Virus record (IMG/VR): IMGVR_UViG_3300042346_000188
Span: 17,116-81,115 of that record
Length of the DNA: 64,000 nucleotides
Direction: 5' to 3' (one strand)
Origin: a virus
Part shown: positions 20,401-30,665 of the stretch, in pieces
How the letters are laid out: each line of letters opens with the position of its first letter
Position numbering within the stretch: position 1 is the first letter of the stretch
Notes under the pieces: model-generated
Databases searched by the model: none
Told to the model about the DNA's origin: nothing
What the model saw: only the letters and a program-made list of their open reading frames with translations
Translations under genes and position numbers: made by a program

Positions 20401-23400
20401 TTAAAACATTATCTTGTTCAAGTACTTACTACAGCAGATGTATTAAAGAAAGCTTATGTAATTACGCCTGACAAAGATGATGCAGGCTCTCTGTTAATTA
20501 CTGATACAATGAATTTAGAGTTATTTGGTACATTAACTCGTAGCTTTAAAGTGCGTGTCTATACAGTTGATTCTGCAGGATTATTATCTGCAACACCTAA
20601 AGTTTCTACTATTACAAATGCAGCACCTTTAGTAACAACCTTAGAGCTAACACCAACTGTTAAAGCTGTCTTTGTAAAAGCTGCAATTATGTCTGAAGAT
20701 GATATTGTAAAATATGAATTCAAACAGTATGCAACGGAAACAATAGCAACTGCAGAAAACACAATAACAACAGTTAGTAATAGTTGTACCTTTGCCACAG
20801 CTGATGATTTAGATCGTTGGTATACAGTGACAGGGTATGATTACTATGGTGTTGGTATTGAGTCCGCTCGTGTTAAAGAAAAATCATTAGCGCAACCACA
20901 GTCTACTGGCTATGCGTTCTTACGATATGCAAGTGATACGGCACCTGTTGCGCCGACTGGCGGTACGTACCTGTTGCCAGTACCCACAAAAGGCACAGCA
21001 ACCGACCCACTTGGCACGTTGGCGTGGAGCGATGGCATCCCTGATGGCACGGCACGCTTGTGGCAGACAGCGCGAATATTCACGGCTAACGAGCAACCAC
21101 CGCATCAAACTGCGTGGCAAACACCTGTATTAGTTGCAAACAGTGCTACAATTAAGTATCAATATAGTTCTGTCAATCCGCCTACAACCGCTGATGCAGA
21201 TTGGGCAGATGGCCCAGGAATAGCAACTTTGTATATGAGAGTTGGTACTTCAAAAGATGGTATTAATGGTCCATGGGTTTGGGGAGCAGCGTTTAAAGTT
21301 AAAGGTGAAGCACCACAGTCTAGCTTTGTATCTACTGTATTTGCGAGAGCTACAGGTAGTGTTGTTCCTGATTTACCTACTGGCGGTACTTATCCGCGTG
21401 GATTACCTGCTGGAAGTATATGGAAGGATGGCATTCCTGGCGGCACAGGTAAGATTTATACATCTAGTAGGCTATTTACTAGTGATGCTTTAACTCCACA
21501 AGATCCTGCCTGGTCTACAGTAACATTAATGGTAACTAACGATAAGACTAAATTTCAGCTTAATAATAGTGATCCTATTTCTGCTACTGGCTGGTATGAT
21601 TCTGACGATGCGAGTAAAGACCCTACGCTTGCGATTTATATGCGTATTAATTATTCTGAAGATGGCGGGACTACTTGGACTTATGGATTGCCTTCAAAGA
21701 TAAAAGGTGAAAAGGGCGACCCTAGCTATACAAGTTTTATTAGTACTGTATTTACAAGAACAACAGGTAAGCCATTACCAACGCCTGTAGCACCTACTGC
21801 TGGTACCTTTGCAACAGATGGGTTGCCAAATGATGGTGTATGGGTAGATGGTATACCTCCATTACCGGGTGTATTGTGGAGTAGTTATAAGACATTTACA
21901 AACGATCCTAATGCAACTGCTGAGAGTTGGAGCACACCTGTACGTATTCTAGACGATGATAAAACAGACTACCAATTTAGTGTTACAAACAGTTCTATAA
22001 ATAGCACTTGGCAAGATGATGCATTCGAAGGTGCCGTATATATGCGTATTGGAACGTCTGTAGATGGTGTAAGTTTTACTTATGGACCTGGTATTAAAAT
22101 AAAAGGTGAGAAGGGTGATCCTGGTTTAATATCCTTTAAGAGTACTGTATTTACTAGACGTGCCGCAACCAACCCAGTAACAGCTGTACCTACTGGCGGC
22201 TCTTTTGATTCACCTAGACCTGGTCCTGATCAAATAGAATGGGAAGATGGTATACCAGAGGGTGACGGTATTGTATGGCAATCTTATACTACTTTTGTAA
22301 ATGACCCTAATGCAGCAACACCAGCATGGAGTACGCCTAAGGCTGTTTTAAATGATAATAATACAAAATATTACTTTAACACTGCTAATGTTGCTACGGG
22401 TTGGGTTACAGTCCCTAGCACAACTACTGAGTGGATGCGTATCGACACAAGTACTGATGGCTTCCTTACTACTGTAACTGGCACTCCATTCAAGATAAAA
22501 GGAGAACAAGGTGAGACTGGGTATACAGTATTTAAAAGCACTGTATTTACCAGACGTGCTGCTAATAACCCGCCTACATTCACACCAACAGGTATTACTT
22601 CTGATAATCTGCCAACACAAGTAGAATGGGTAGACGGTATACCGCCTTTACCTGGTGTATTGTGGGAATCACATGCTTATATCAGCACTGACCCTGCTGT
22701 GACAACAGTCACCTGGTCTGAACCTAAGCAAATTTTAAATGATGTTAATACTAAACATTACTTTGCTACAACTAACTCTGCAGTGGATAGTGATTGGTCT
22801 TTAACGCCAAGCACAACTACAGAGTGGATGAGGATTGATACGAGTATTGACGGATTCATGACGACTTCTGTTAAGGGCACACCATTTAAAATTAAAGGTG
22901 AAAAAGGTGAAACAGGGTCTGGTATTGACATACGACTAACAAATGATTTAGCTTATATACCAACGGATCTTAGCAATGTCTCAGATTATTCAAAGGCTGC
23001 TACAGGTATTGTTGTTCAGAATAATAATGTAGATGTTGCGTATTCAGCTACAGCAGTCACACTTGTAGGTGCTTTACCAAACACTTATAGTGTTACTCTG
23101 GAAAAGGAGAGTTTAACAGGCACACCCTCTTTAGAAGTAATTAATGGTATTGTAACTAGTAAAGACTTTGGTACTATCACTCAAGGTGTTGCTAAATTAA
23201 CTTTTGTTGTAACTATAAAAGATCAGTATGGAAATATACTAGGGCCGTTTAAGAAGTCACAAACGCTAGTTAAACAATTTCCTAATGGTACTTTAGAGCT
23301 ATTAGCAACTTCTGCAGCGCAGTTAAGCGTATTAGACACTGTATTACCGCTTGTTACGAATATTAATGTCACGTATTCTCCTGATAAAAATGGCGATGGC

Positions 23401-26400
23401 TTTGCTGATGGGACAATAACCTGGGACTACCCTGTTGATGCGGCTATATCAGGTTTTGTTGTTTGTTACAATAATGTAAGATATTCCCCAGGCACAACTA
23501 ACTTCATACTGACTGACTATACTTGTGACGATGTGCTAAATAATCTTACAAAGCAAATTATAAAGATTGGTACAGGAACAAGATCAGTTAGCGTGCCTAA
23601 CATGGGTACGGAAAGTTATCGAGTTGCATTTGTTTTTGCATATAGAGTTCTTTCAAAAGCCACTTATGATGCTTACCAGTTTTCTAGGGTAATTTATGAC
23701 GAGGCGTATTGGGCAGTTTCTTCGCCAAAGAGTTTAGGGGTAACAGTTGTAGAAAAGAGTACGCCGCCTGAGCGTTATACTGACGTTGTCAATAAAGACA
23801 TGGAAGTAAGTTTGGAAGATGGTAGCACTATTAAAGTGTCTGAAATCTTTGAAAATACGGTTAACGCAAATGTTATCAATAGTAATGCAGCGCTAGTAGC
23901 ACCTACTGAGGGTACGGTTCTATTCACTTATAGCGGTGCGGATACTACAAGCGGCAATGTAAATTTGAACATTAGCTTTGAAGCAAGTAATCCAATAGCT
24001 GTAACATCTAGGTATGCTTTTTGTGTTATAAGCAAAGAGACTGCAGACTTAACCTTGTTTACAAATTTAACTAACAAGCAAATTATGGAGGAGCAGAAGT
24101 CAGCTACAAAGTTTGTTGAGGCATCGGAGGGTGTACTACAGTCAAATGGTAGATTTAAATATTCTGTCCAAGCAGCTAATGTCCCTGGTGCGCTAAACCA
24201 TGCTGTCTATATATTTGCATTTAGGTATGCATCAGGTGGTAAGCTTTCAAGAAACAATTTTATCGATGTTACAACTAAAACACAATATTATGGCTCTCCT
24301 GTACTTAAAGTGGGTACAACAAAGTATAGCGGTAATGTTGTCCTTAAAGGTGATGACATTAAGGATAAAACAGGTGTAATTACTAGTTTAACAGATTTGA
24401 GTAAGGTTGCTGAGGATTGGAATCTGGCTAATAATAAAACATTGTCAGCGATAACAGCTTTGCCTCTAATCTCTGCAACAGTACCACCTATTGTTTATGA
24501 TAGCTCTGCAAACAGTTCTGGCAATGTAGATTACAAACTTAACTTCTTTTATAATGGCGTTGTTATACCACCAGCACTTCCTGCTGTAGACGATAGTATT
24601 GATGGTTTTTGTATATTAGAGCAAACTGTACTGCCAAACACTGCTGACGGTCTTCCCTCAAAAACCATAGCTACACCTACTGCTGCAAAAATGCTTACTA
24701 ATCCTGCGGCAAGATTTCTTGATGCAAGAGACTATGTAAGCGTAGACGCAGGTACATATAAATATGAAGTAGACATGGAAGAGACAAAAGCAATACCCTA
24801 CCGAGTAGTGTTTATCTTTGCATATCGTGCAATAACTTCTGGACAAAAGAAGCAGATTCAGTCAGGTACAACTCTTGTAGAGATTGGTGATAAAGAGAAG
24901 AAATCATATATTGTCTCTGCTGTCGTAAGGACTCATCCTTTAAATACAATAGTAGTTGACGGTGTGGTTACTAGCCCTAGTCTATTTACAGGGGAGCTGT
25001 ATATAAGAGCTGGCTTAAGAGATAGCTATGGCACTACAATAGCTATTAACAAGCTTTCAGAAACTATTTCTGATTTTGATAAGACCAATAATACTTCTAT
25101 TGCTAAAATTGTAGCTGTAACTAACCTAGCGCTTAGCTATAATTCCATTGGGTGTACTTCTGGTAATGTTAATTTAGTCATTGATTTTGATTTTGCAGGA
25201 AGCTTAGCAGACATTGATGGTTTTGTATATTATGAAGCTACAAAAGATGGGCAAGGTACTATAGCAGACGTTGGACTAGCAACCTTGTTTGGCAACGTAA
25301 ACTCAAGGTTTATTGACGTAGACGCTACCGTATCTGGTACACACTTCACAGTTGAAATAGAAGAGGCTAAGCCAACACTATTTAGAACAGTATTTGTTTG
25401 TGCTTTTAGGGAAGTTTATGACACCACCTACAAGGCTGCTAATAAACTATCAACTGCACTTAAGCCTGGCTTATTAACCTTTGGTAAGAGATTTTTTATT
25501 GTCTCGCCTATTGCTCGCAGTAATTTGAGTGGAAATTTATATCAACCACAATCGCAGGCAATAATAAAAGCTGGTGTAAATGTTGGCGGTTCAAGAGTAA
25601 TTACACTATCTGATGCTATTGGTGACTGGGATTTAGCAAATAACGGCGGATTGGCAGGAAATACTGATACTGTCGCTGCACCTACTTACCCTTTAACAGA
25701 TGCAATGATAATTGAAGGCGGGCTGTTAGCAACTAATATCAATATTACTGCAAATTGGTTGTATACTATTGTGCAGATAGTTGATCCGATTACAAACGAG
25801 CTTATAAATCCTATTGATGGCTTTCTTGTGTATTTGCTTGAGGATACTAACACCAGCCCAGGTACTGTAATAAACTTAAATGACCTGACTGTAAAGAAGA
25901 CTTTTGTAACTACAGATGTAACTAAACGTAGCTATAAGTTTGAGGCAATGCCCATTAAAAAGGATAAAAATACTCTATATTACTACAACGTTGCTGTTTT
26001 TGCGTATCGTGTAATCAGTGAGGCTACGTATACAAAAGGTTTAAAAACGTCAAGTTTAAAACCTTCGCTTAAAAGACCTTCTGCATTCAATACGCCGATG
26101 TGTATTTCAAGTTCAACATCTTATGCGTTAACCGCAAATGCGTCATACGTATTAAAAGATACAAAGGGGGCGTTGCCGCATGACTATCCAATTGGCGGTG
26201 ACTTCTGGTTAAATACAGCTGGTTATGCAGTGGCAGGTATTCCGCATTTGCAAGTTGGATATTATAACAATGCAGGCTGGAGTCCACTAACTGAGGATGA
26301 AGTTATCAAAAAGTTCAATACAGCGTATGCTTCAAAGACAGGTACAATCCATGAGTATAGCTCTCCCCTTGAGCCTATAAATTACCCTGGATTCTATTGG

Positions 26401-26841
26401 AAAAACACATCTGGCGAGGTAGTGTCTGGTGTAGCTCCTAATGGTGTTGTGTACTGGGATGTAACTCGTCTTATGTGGCAACCTAAGGTAGCTAAGACCG
26501 CAGGTAAAGTGACTGAAGGCGATCCAGCCATAATAGTGCCATATGAGGGTACTGTGTTATTAAGTACAGTGCTTAATTCTAATGGTACAAAAACATTATA
26601 TAGAGGTCGTAATGGCCAATGGGAACCACATGTACAGCTTTCTACTAGTGAAATATTTACGACAGAAAAGCTAATGAAAGCTAACAAAGTAGCAACCAAA
26701 GCTTTCGTTACTGGTACATCAGGGTATTTTACTCGTACAATTAATTCGAAAGGTAAATTACCAGAGTGGCCTAAGTCGGCTACTGATATATTTGCTAAAA
26801 GCTTATTAGTAGGTAACGTTTTACCAACTTTAATTTTATAG
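17485..26841 (+). CDS. central tail fibre / tip attachment protein (gpJ-like), 3118 aa, with repeat arrays
   Basis: LPLVYG, GKKVR..YSNNPAWCLLDYL and LEPGDFVKLT motifs of gpJ/Tal-type proteins; FnIII-like segment PPRNL..LVWDAP; two repeat families. Confidence 0.85.
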   Translation: MVFLTLTLATWIMIAMVAISVGMTIYSLMQTPPAFDTSALEARKGAEVVIEGKSEDLPLVYGRALVGGSRVFHAVSSDFNYVASNADKTFATGVNHTVTWFTEFYLVNNPRAVNAILEKRGTTGTTEVLTQLAKSINGRKNEFLYFQQALCQGPIGGVIDVVLESSRYLDDATLATFGAPDDLNTGEKHKWSDPKKARTAVRIDVHYDAGMNIADSIIAANFPERSDATFNNIVYASATVRTDRDDPQFSAPPRLQFYIEGKKVRKVVNGVLNTNFEYSNNPAWCLLDYLLDGLSGASIPVEEINLPSFEAASLVCDYIVAEDVTTAGKIWQNTEGTRNIHTRDLPLYECNMIIDTKKPIRDNITGMLTSMGDARLIWSQGQYRLSLQYTHTSNDDLFIVAELGEDDLVLDQEVEINLPSASDRLNYCTVKFHNELSNFKEDSVSWPPKFPGKVYKGVGGKKYPISDYSYTEDNEDGSFNRGANLLNSVGVWGSTLNTTYLSYYIILTYEDVMDPDNNDLIKPVKVQYTGDNEIRIRIKNKTNTITYLDAQHKDWKSQKESIVTLPILKGETQVFHIEIDGTNTQKEKAVAARIVNGPKILWTTRESAYSDVLEIDNTDTTYSVFLEEDGGTKLEMETSVEAMTDPYHAAAKAEEYVRMSRSSFVIKFKYVVRQNYLEPGDFVKLTSPTLNLAGEIFRVNSVKIVEGHNCEVTAQRFDHLQLAWSQKDDQHMVPPNIYSNLFNPPRNLKYIPTGSSRLITSGTLVWDAPGDAVDLAYYIVSVHEADGPTRTNNAPIFRELGRVAESSFVLPKLEAFSAIFSVMAVSTSGRRSTTIYTGDKAQIIDVYDSYLFDGLTVSRSGLTVNWTACNVYESGVLLKALPAGTVTWTEGLLFIYFDFVNDKIIKATTDYTQVYNGVVLATFDGVEFNLSVSELDAPTVLTVEGRTDTVFDSKDAKIVWQANSSNLSASTFLKHYLVQVLTTADVLKKAYVITPDKDDAGSLLITDTMNLELFGTLTRSFKVRVYTVDSAGLLSATPKVSTITNAAPLVTTLELTPTVKAVFVKAAIMSEDDIVKYEFKQYATETIATAENTITTVSNSCTFATADDLDRWYTVTGYDYYGVGIESARVKEKSLAQPQSTGYAFLRYASDTAPVAPTGGTYLLPVPTKGTATDPLGTLAWSDGIPDGTARLWQTARIFTANEQPPHQTAWQTPVLVANSATIKYQYSSVNPPTTADADWADGPGIATLYMRVGTSKDGINGPWVWGAAFKVKGEAPQSSFVSTVFARATGSVVPDLPTGGTYPRGLPAGSIWKDGIPGGTGKIYTSSRLFTSDALTPQDPAWSTVTLMVTNDKTKFQLNNSDPISATGWYDSDDASKDPTLAIYMRINYSEDGGTTWTYGLPSKIKGEKGDPSYTSFISTVFTRTTGKPLPTPVAPTAGTFATDGLPNDGVWVDGIPPLPGVLWSSYKTFTNDPNATAESWSTPVRILDDDKTDYQFSVTNSSINSTWQDDAFEGAVYMRIGTSVDGVSFTYGPGIKIKGEKGDPGLISFKSTVFTRRAATNPVTAVPTGGSFDSPRPGPDQIEWEDGIPEGDGIVWQSYTTFVNDPNAATPAWSTPKAVLNDNNTKYYFNTANVATGWVTVPSTTTEWMRIDTSTDGFLTTVTGTPFKIKGEQGETGYTVFKSTVFTRRAANNPPTFTPTGITSDNLPTQVEWVDGIPPLPGVLWESHAYISTDPAVTTVTWSEPKQILNDVNTKHYFATTNSAVDSDWSLTPSTTTEWMRIDTSIDGFMTTSVKGTPFKIKGEKGETGSGIDIRLTNDLAYIPTDLSNVSDYSKAATGIVVQNNNVDVAYSATAVTLVGALPNTYSVTLEKESLTGTPSLEVINGIVTSKDFGTITQGVAKLTFVVTIKDQYGNILGPFKKSQTLVKQFPNGTLELLATSAAQLSVLDTVLPLVTNINVTYSPDKNGDGFADGTITWDYPVDAAISGFVVCYNNVRYSPGTTNFILTDYTCDDVLNNLTKQIIKIGTGTRSVSVPNMGTESYRVAFVFAYRVLSKATYDAYQFSRVIYDEAYWAVSSPKSLGVTVVEKSTPPERYTDVVNKDMEVSLEDGSTIKVSEIFENTVNANVINSNAALVAPTEGTVLFTYSGADTTSGNVNLNISFEASNPIAVTSRYAFCVISKETADLTLFTNLTNKQIMEEQKSATKFVEASEGVLQSNGRFKYSVQAANVPGALNHAVYIFAFRYASGGKLSRNNFIDVTTKTQYYGSPVLKVGTTKYSGNVVLKGDDIKDKTGVITSLTDLSKVAEDWNLANNKTLSAITALPLISATVPPIVYDSSANSSGNVDYKLNFFYNGVVIPPALPAVDDSIDGFCILEQTVLPNTADGLPSKTIATPTAAKMLTNPAARFLDARDYVSVDAGTYKYEVDMEETKAIPYRVVFIFAYRAITSGQKKQIQSGTTLVEIGDKEKKSYIVSAVVRTHPLNTIVVDGVVTSPSLFTGELYIRAGLRDSYGTTIAINKLSETISDFDKTNNTSIAKIVAVTNLALSYNSIGCTSGNVNLVIDFDFAGSLADIDGFVYYEATKDGQGTIADVGLATLFGNVNSRFIDVDATVSGTHFTVEIEEAKPTLFRTVFVCAFREVYDTTYKAANKLSTALKPGLLTFGKRFFIVSPIARSNLSGNLYQPQSQAIIKAGVNVGGSRVITLSDAIGDWDLANNGGLAGNTDTVAAPTYPLTDAMIIEGGLLATNINITANWLYTIVQIVDPITNELINPIDGFLVYLLEDTNTSPGTVINLNDLTVKKTFVTTDVTKRSYKFEAMPIKKDKNTLYYYNVAVFAYRVISEATYTKGLKTSSLKPSLKRPSAFNTPMCISSSTSYALTANASYVLKDTKGALPHDYPIGGDFWLNTAGYAVAGIPHLQVGYYNNAGWSPLTEDEVIKKFNTAYASKTGTIHEYSSPLEPINYPGFYWKNTSGEVVSGVAPNGVVYWDVTRLMWQPKVAKTAGKVTEGDPAIIVPYEGTVLLSTVLNSNGTKTLYRGRNGQWEPHVQLSTSEIFTTEKLMKANKVATKAFVTGTSGYFTRTINSKGKLPEWPKSATDIFAKSLLVGNVLPTLIL
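20905..22917 (+). repeat. five tandem ~135-aa repeats in the tip protein
   Basis: Recurrent STVFTR..PTGG..W-x-DGIP..W-S-x-P..MRI-x-TS-x-DG..KIKGEKG; boundaries approximate. Confidence 0.85.
23340..26120 (+). repeat. about five diverged ~200-aa beta-rich repeats in the tip protein
   Basis: Recurrent SGNVNL-x-I-x-F, IDGF and FIFAYR motifs with (L)S-x-x-x-x-DW-x-x-ANN linkers; boundaries approximate. Confidence 0.7.
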
Positions 26842-26849
26842 GAGTATAA

Positions 26850-29800
26850 ATGACAACGTACGTAGCAGCAGGTGATCAGTGGACTAACACTGCTGACGCC
26901 AATGTAACTGATCCTACTACAGGGCAAGTTATAAAACCTGGTACTACTGTCGAATTTAATGGAGAGGACTGGAGCTATATTTCAGTCCTTCCGACTAAAT
27001 CGGCAACAGCGCCGACAGAACAAGTTAGGGGGCAATTGTGGGTTAATACCGCAGTTACCCCTAATACTCTATCACAATATATCCCAGCAACAAATACTTG
27101 GGAAGTTATATCTACAATAGTAGAAAAACCTGAAGATATTGGTTGTGAAGAAGCTTCAACACACAACGAGTATCAAGGCCTTTATAATGTTAATGCTATA
27201 TACTCAAAAGGTGATGTAGTTAGTTATCAAGGTAAGAAATGGTGGGCATTAGGTACTAATCAAAATATAACGCCAACAGAAAGTATTAGCTGGACACTAT
27301 TAACGTCTACAGGAGAATCTGGTAAGTCTACATTTGAACTGAGCTTCTATACAGTAGCTGCCCAAGCACCATCAACATCTCCTTCTGGAAATTATTCTAG
27401 AAACATGGTAACGGGTGTAGTATCTAGCGAAGCAGGTTTTGCTTTAAATGGCTGGAGTGTAAACCCGCCTGCAGCTGTACTAGGGCACACTCTCTGGAGG
27501 ATGACAAACATTGCAGAAGCAACAGCAGGTATGTTAGATACAGGGCCAATTCAATGGGTACCTAAAACACCCGTTGCAATAAGTGCGTCAGGTGTTTCTG
27601 CTAACTTTAGCATTGGAACGGTAACAAAAGGCGACAATGCAGCTGTAACTAAAGCAGGTACTGATGGTAATTTTACACTAGATTTTGTACTGCCTAAAGG
27701 TGACCCAGGTGCCGCAGAAAGATATGATATCTTAGGCGGTACCACTTATATTGACTGTAACCACATAACAGGTATCCCTGTATTAGAGTTTCTAAACTTT
27801 TCTTTATTAAAGAGTTTAGGTGCCTCCACTTCAGATGTTACTAGTGTAGTTTGGTCAGCGTACTCAATGTCACAATATGGCTATGCAGGTAATGCTATAC
27901 CTGTAAGTAATTTAAATAATGGCGCATGCAGTGTAGACTTAGCTACTTGTCGATGGGGGTTAGTAATTAGCGCAAAGTTAACTGCAAATGGCCCTACAGT
28001 TGCAAGTAGATTTATCGCACCTCAGCTTATTGAGATTCCCGGACCAAAGGGTGATACAGGAGCAAAAGGCGATACAGGCAATACTGGTACCGCTGCCACA
28101 ATCAATGTAGGTACTGTAAGCGCAATAGCATATGGTTCTACTCCTACTGTAGTTAACTCAGGAACATCTGCAGCAGCTGTGTTTAACTTTGGATTACCGC
28201 GTGGTGAAAAGGGTGATGCAGGCGTAATTAGTAGCGTAACAGCTACATCTACAGCAGCAGGTACAAACGCTGCAGTTACATTAGGTGGTACACCAAGTGA
28301 CCGTACAATTGCACTGAGTATTCCAAAAGCTTATAATGGTACGAGTCGCGTATTTATTGAGATGTATAAATGGGCAGTAGATGAGCCTACTATAAAGCCT
28401 TCAGGTACTTCTACTTATACATGGGCAGATGACACGTATAGTTGGCCTACAGGTGGTTCTAATTCATGGACAGCTTATCCAGGTGCTGCTCCAGGCGGTA
28501 TGACGCTTTGGGTAGTTAGAGCAAAAATTGTTAGCCAAATAGTAGAGGCAACAACAGATGTTACTTGGTCAGATGCTGTAATTTATCCTATTAGTGGATC
28601 TGGTCCAGGCTCTTATACTTGGATTAAGTACGCTACTGCAGCAGATGGCACAGGCATGACAGATACTTATAGTGATACTATGAAGTATATGGGTATTGCC
28701 GTAAATAAGTTGACTGCTACAGAGTCTACTAGTGCTGCTGCATATGATTGGGTTAGAATTAGAGGTGCTGATGGTCTTGATGGGGTTTCTACTACTATGT
28801 ATAAGGTAGAGCCTGTTGATCCAATCTTGACTAAAAATGCTGCAACTGGAACTCTGAATAAAACTCAAATTACTTTTAATTCGTATGCTAGAACAGGGGT
28901 TGGTGCTTTTGTAGATTATGCAGCGTTTTGGCGTGTATATGTAGATGGTTCAGAAGTTAGTGCCTCTGCTACAAGTACTTCAACAAAGACTGCAAATATT
29001 ACTAGTGGGTCAGGTTACGTTAAAGCAATCATCTATTCAGATTCTGCCAGAACAGTTAAGGTAGATGAAGTATATGTACCTATTGTAAATGAAGGTCCAA
29101 AAGGTGATACAGGTACTTTAGCATTAGGTACAATAGCTACAGGTGCTCCAGGTTCTACTGTTGCAATTACTAACACAGGGACAGCGTCTGCTGGTATTCT
29201 TAATATTACAATACCTAGAGGAGATGTAGGCGCTACGGGTGCTGTACAAACCATTTCTATTGGGACTGTTACAAAAGGTATCACAGCTGCTGTAACTCGC
29301 ACATTAACAGGTTTAAATAATAGTTTTGATTTTGTACTACCACAAGGTGATAAGGGTGATGCAGGGACAATAGCTATTGGCACGGTATCCACAGGCGCTG
29401 CTGGCTCTAATGTTGCTATTACAAACGTAGGTACAGCTTCTTCGGCTACCCTTAATATTTCAATACCAAAGGGTGATCAAGGATTACCGCCTACAATAAC
29501 AGCTAATAGTACTACAACAGGTACTGCAGGGAGTTCTGCCAGTGTTACATTAGATGCATCAAGCACCTCTACAGCTGCTAAGTTTAATTTTACAATACCT
29601 AAGGGTGATAAGGGAGATGCTGGTAATGCGGGTAGTATTGCTGTAGGTACAGTAACTACTGGTAATGCAGGCACATCTGTTTCAGTTTCAAATAGTGGAA
29701 CTACATCTGCAGCTGTATTTAATTTTACAATACCTAAGGGAGATGTTGGTCCTGTTGCCGCATTTAGTGTGGGTACAGTTACAACAGGTAGCGCAGGCTC

Positions 29801-30665
29801 TAGTAGTGCTGCAAGTATAAGTGGAACAAGTGCTAGCCCTGTGTTAAACCTAACAATTCCAAAAGGCGATAAAGGAGATATTGGCCCTAATCTATTTATA
29901 ACATCTAGCAGAGAGTTAGCTTTCTATTCGGTTGATAACATATATTCTGGATCAGGTAATAGTAATATAACCCTAACAGCTGTTAAGTCGTCAGATATTA
30001 CTAGTACAAGTTATGTATGGTCATTTTCAGGCTTTAATGGTGGGAATCCCTCTACTAGTGCTCAAAATGCTGTAATTAGTACGTCTAATATGGGTACATC
30101 TCGCGCAGCAACAGCCACTTGTACTATTGGCGGATACTCTTATATGGTAACTATTTATCGTATGAATGAAAGCTCTGCAGAAGCCGGGGCTACCGTTGGC
30201 GCAGATTGGAGCAGTAACGTAACAAATAGGCCTACTTCTTTATCTGGTATTAACTCAACGGAAGGCACGTTGCTTGGATTGTTTTCATATAGCGGATCTA
30301 CTGTAACTTTAAATGCTAACTTCCAATCAAATGCTAATATTACTGCTTATTATTCTTCTGATGAAAGATTAAAAGAATGTGTACGTAAGATATATGATCC
30401 TATTGGAAAGTTAAAATCAATATCAGGTAACAACTTTAAATGGGCAGAAGATTATTATGCTAAACAAGATTCTGATTTTGTTAAGGAATGGGATGTTGGT
30501 GTACTTGCGCAAGAAGTAGAAAGAGTATTACCAGAAGCTGTTAGAAAACGTAGTGATGGATTCTTAGCGGTAGATTACGCTAAAATTATACCTTTACTTA
30601 TTGAGGGTTTTAAAGCTCAACAAGAAATTATAGAGGAACTTAGAAATGCCATACAGCATAAGTGA
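26850..30665 (+). CDS. tail fibre protein with C-terminal intramolecular chaperone (peptidase S74)
   Basis: SSDERLKE...GVLAQEVERVLPEAV...VDYAKIIPLLIE; repeated GTVTTG..A-x-V..F-x-IPKGDKG units; CBM5/12-like YSKGDVVSYQGKKW. Confidence 0.88.
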   Translation: MTTYVAAGDQWTNTADANVTDPTTGQVIKPGTTVEFNGEDWSYISVLPTKSATAPTEQVRGQLWVNTAVTPNTLSQYIPATNTWEVISTIVEKPEDIGCEEASTHNEYQGLYNVNAIYSKGDVVSYQGKKWWALGTNQNITPTESISWTLLTSTGESGKSTFELSFYTVAAQAPSTSPSGNYSRNMVTGVVSSEAGFALNGWSVNPPAAVLGHTLWRMTNIAEATAGMLDTGPIQWVPKTPVAISASGVSANFSIGTVTKGDNAAVTKAGTDGNFTLDFVLPKGDPGAAERYDILGGTTYIDCNHITGIPVLEFLNFSLLKSLGASTSDVTSVVWSAYSMSQYGYAGNAIPVSNLNNGACSVDLATCRWGLVISAKLTANGPTVASRFIAPQLIEIPGPKGDTGAKGDTGNTGTAATINVGTVSAIAYGSTPTVVNSGTSAAAVFNFGLPRGEKGDAGVISSVTATSTAAGTNAAVTLGGTPSDRTIALSIPKAYNGTSRVFIEMYKWAVDEPTIKPSGTSTYTWADDTYSWPTGGSNSWTAYPGAAPGGMTLWVVRAKIVSQIVEATTDVTWSDAVIYPISGSGPGSYTWIKYATAADGTGMTDTYSDTMKYMGIAVNKLTATESTSAAAYDWVRIRGADGLDGVSTTMYKVEPVDPILTKNAATGTLNKTQITFNSYARTGVGAFVDYAAFWRVYVDGSEVSASATSTSTKTANITSGSGYVKAIIYSDSARTVKVDEVYVPIVNEGPKGDTGTLALGTIATGAPGSTVAITNTGTASAGILNITIPRGDVGATGAVQTISIGTVTKGITAAVTRTLTGLNNSFDFVLPQGDKGDAGTIAIGTVSTGAAGSNVAITNVGTASSATLNISIPKGDQGLPPTITANSTTTGTAGSSASVTLDASSTSTAAKFNFTIPKGDKGDAGNAGSIAVGTVTTGNAGTSVSVSNSGTTSAAVFNFTIPKGDVGPVAAFSVGTVTTGSAGSSSAASISGTSASPVLNLTIPKGDKGDIGPNLFITSSRELAFYSVDNIYSGSGNSNITLTAVKSSDITSTSYVWSFSGFNGGNPSTSAQNAVISTSNMGTSRAATATCTIGGYSYMVTIYRMNESSAEAGATVGADWSSNVTNRPTSLSGINSTEGTLLGLFSYSGSTVTLNANFQSNANITAYYSSDERLKECVRKIYDPIGKLKSISGNNFKWAEDYYAKQDSDFVKEWDVGVLAQEVERVLPEAVRKRSDGFLAVDYAKIIPLLIEGFKAQQEIIEELRNAIQHK

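Noticed and set aside
20912-21133. Overlapping alternative-frame ORFs in the GC patch of the tip gene
   Set aside because: Expected by chance in GC-rich sequence; no RBS and no protein-like features
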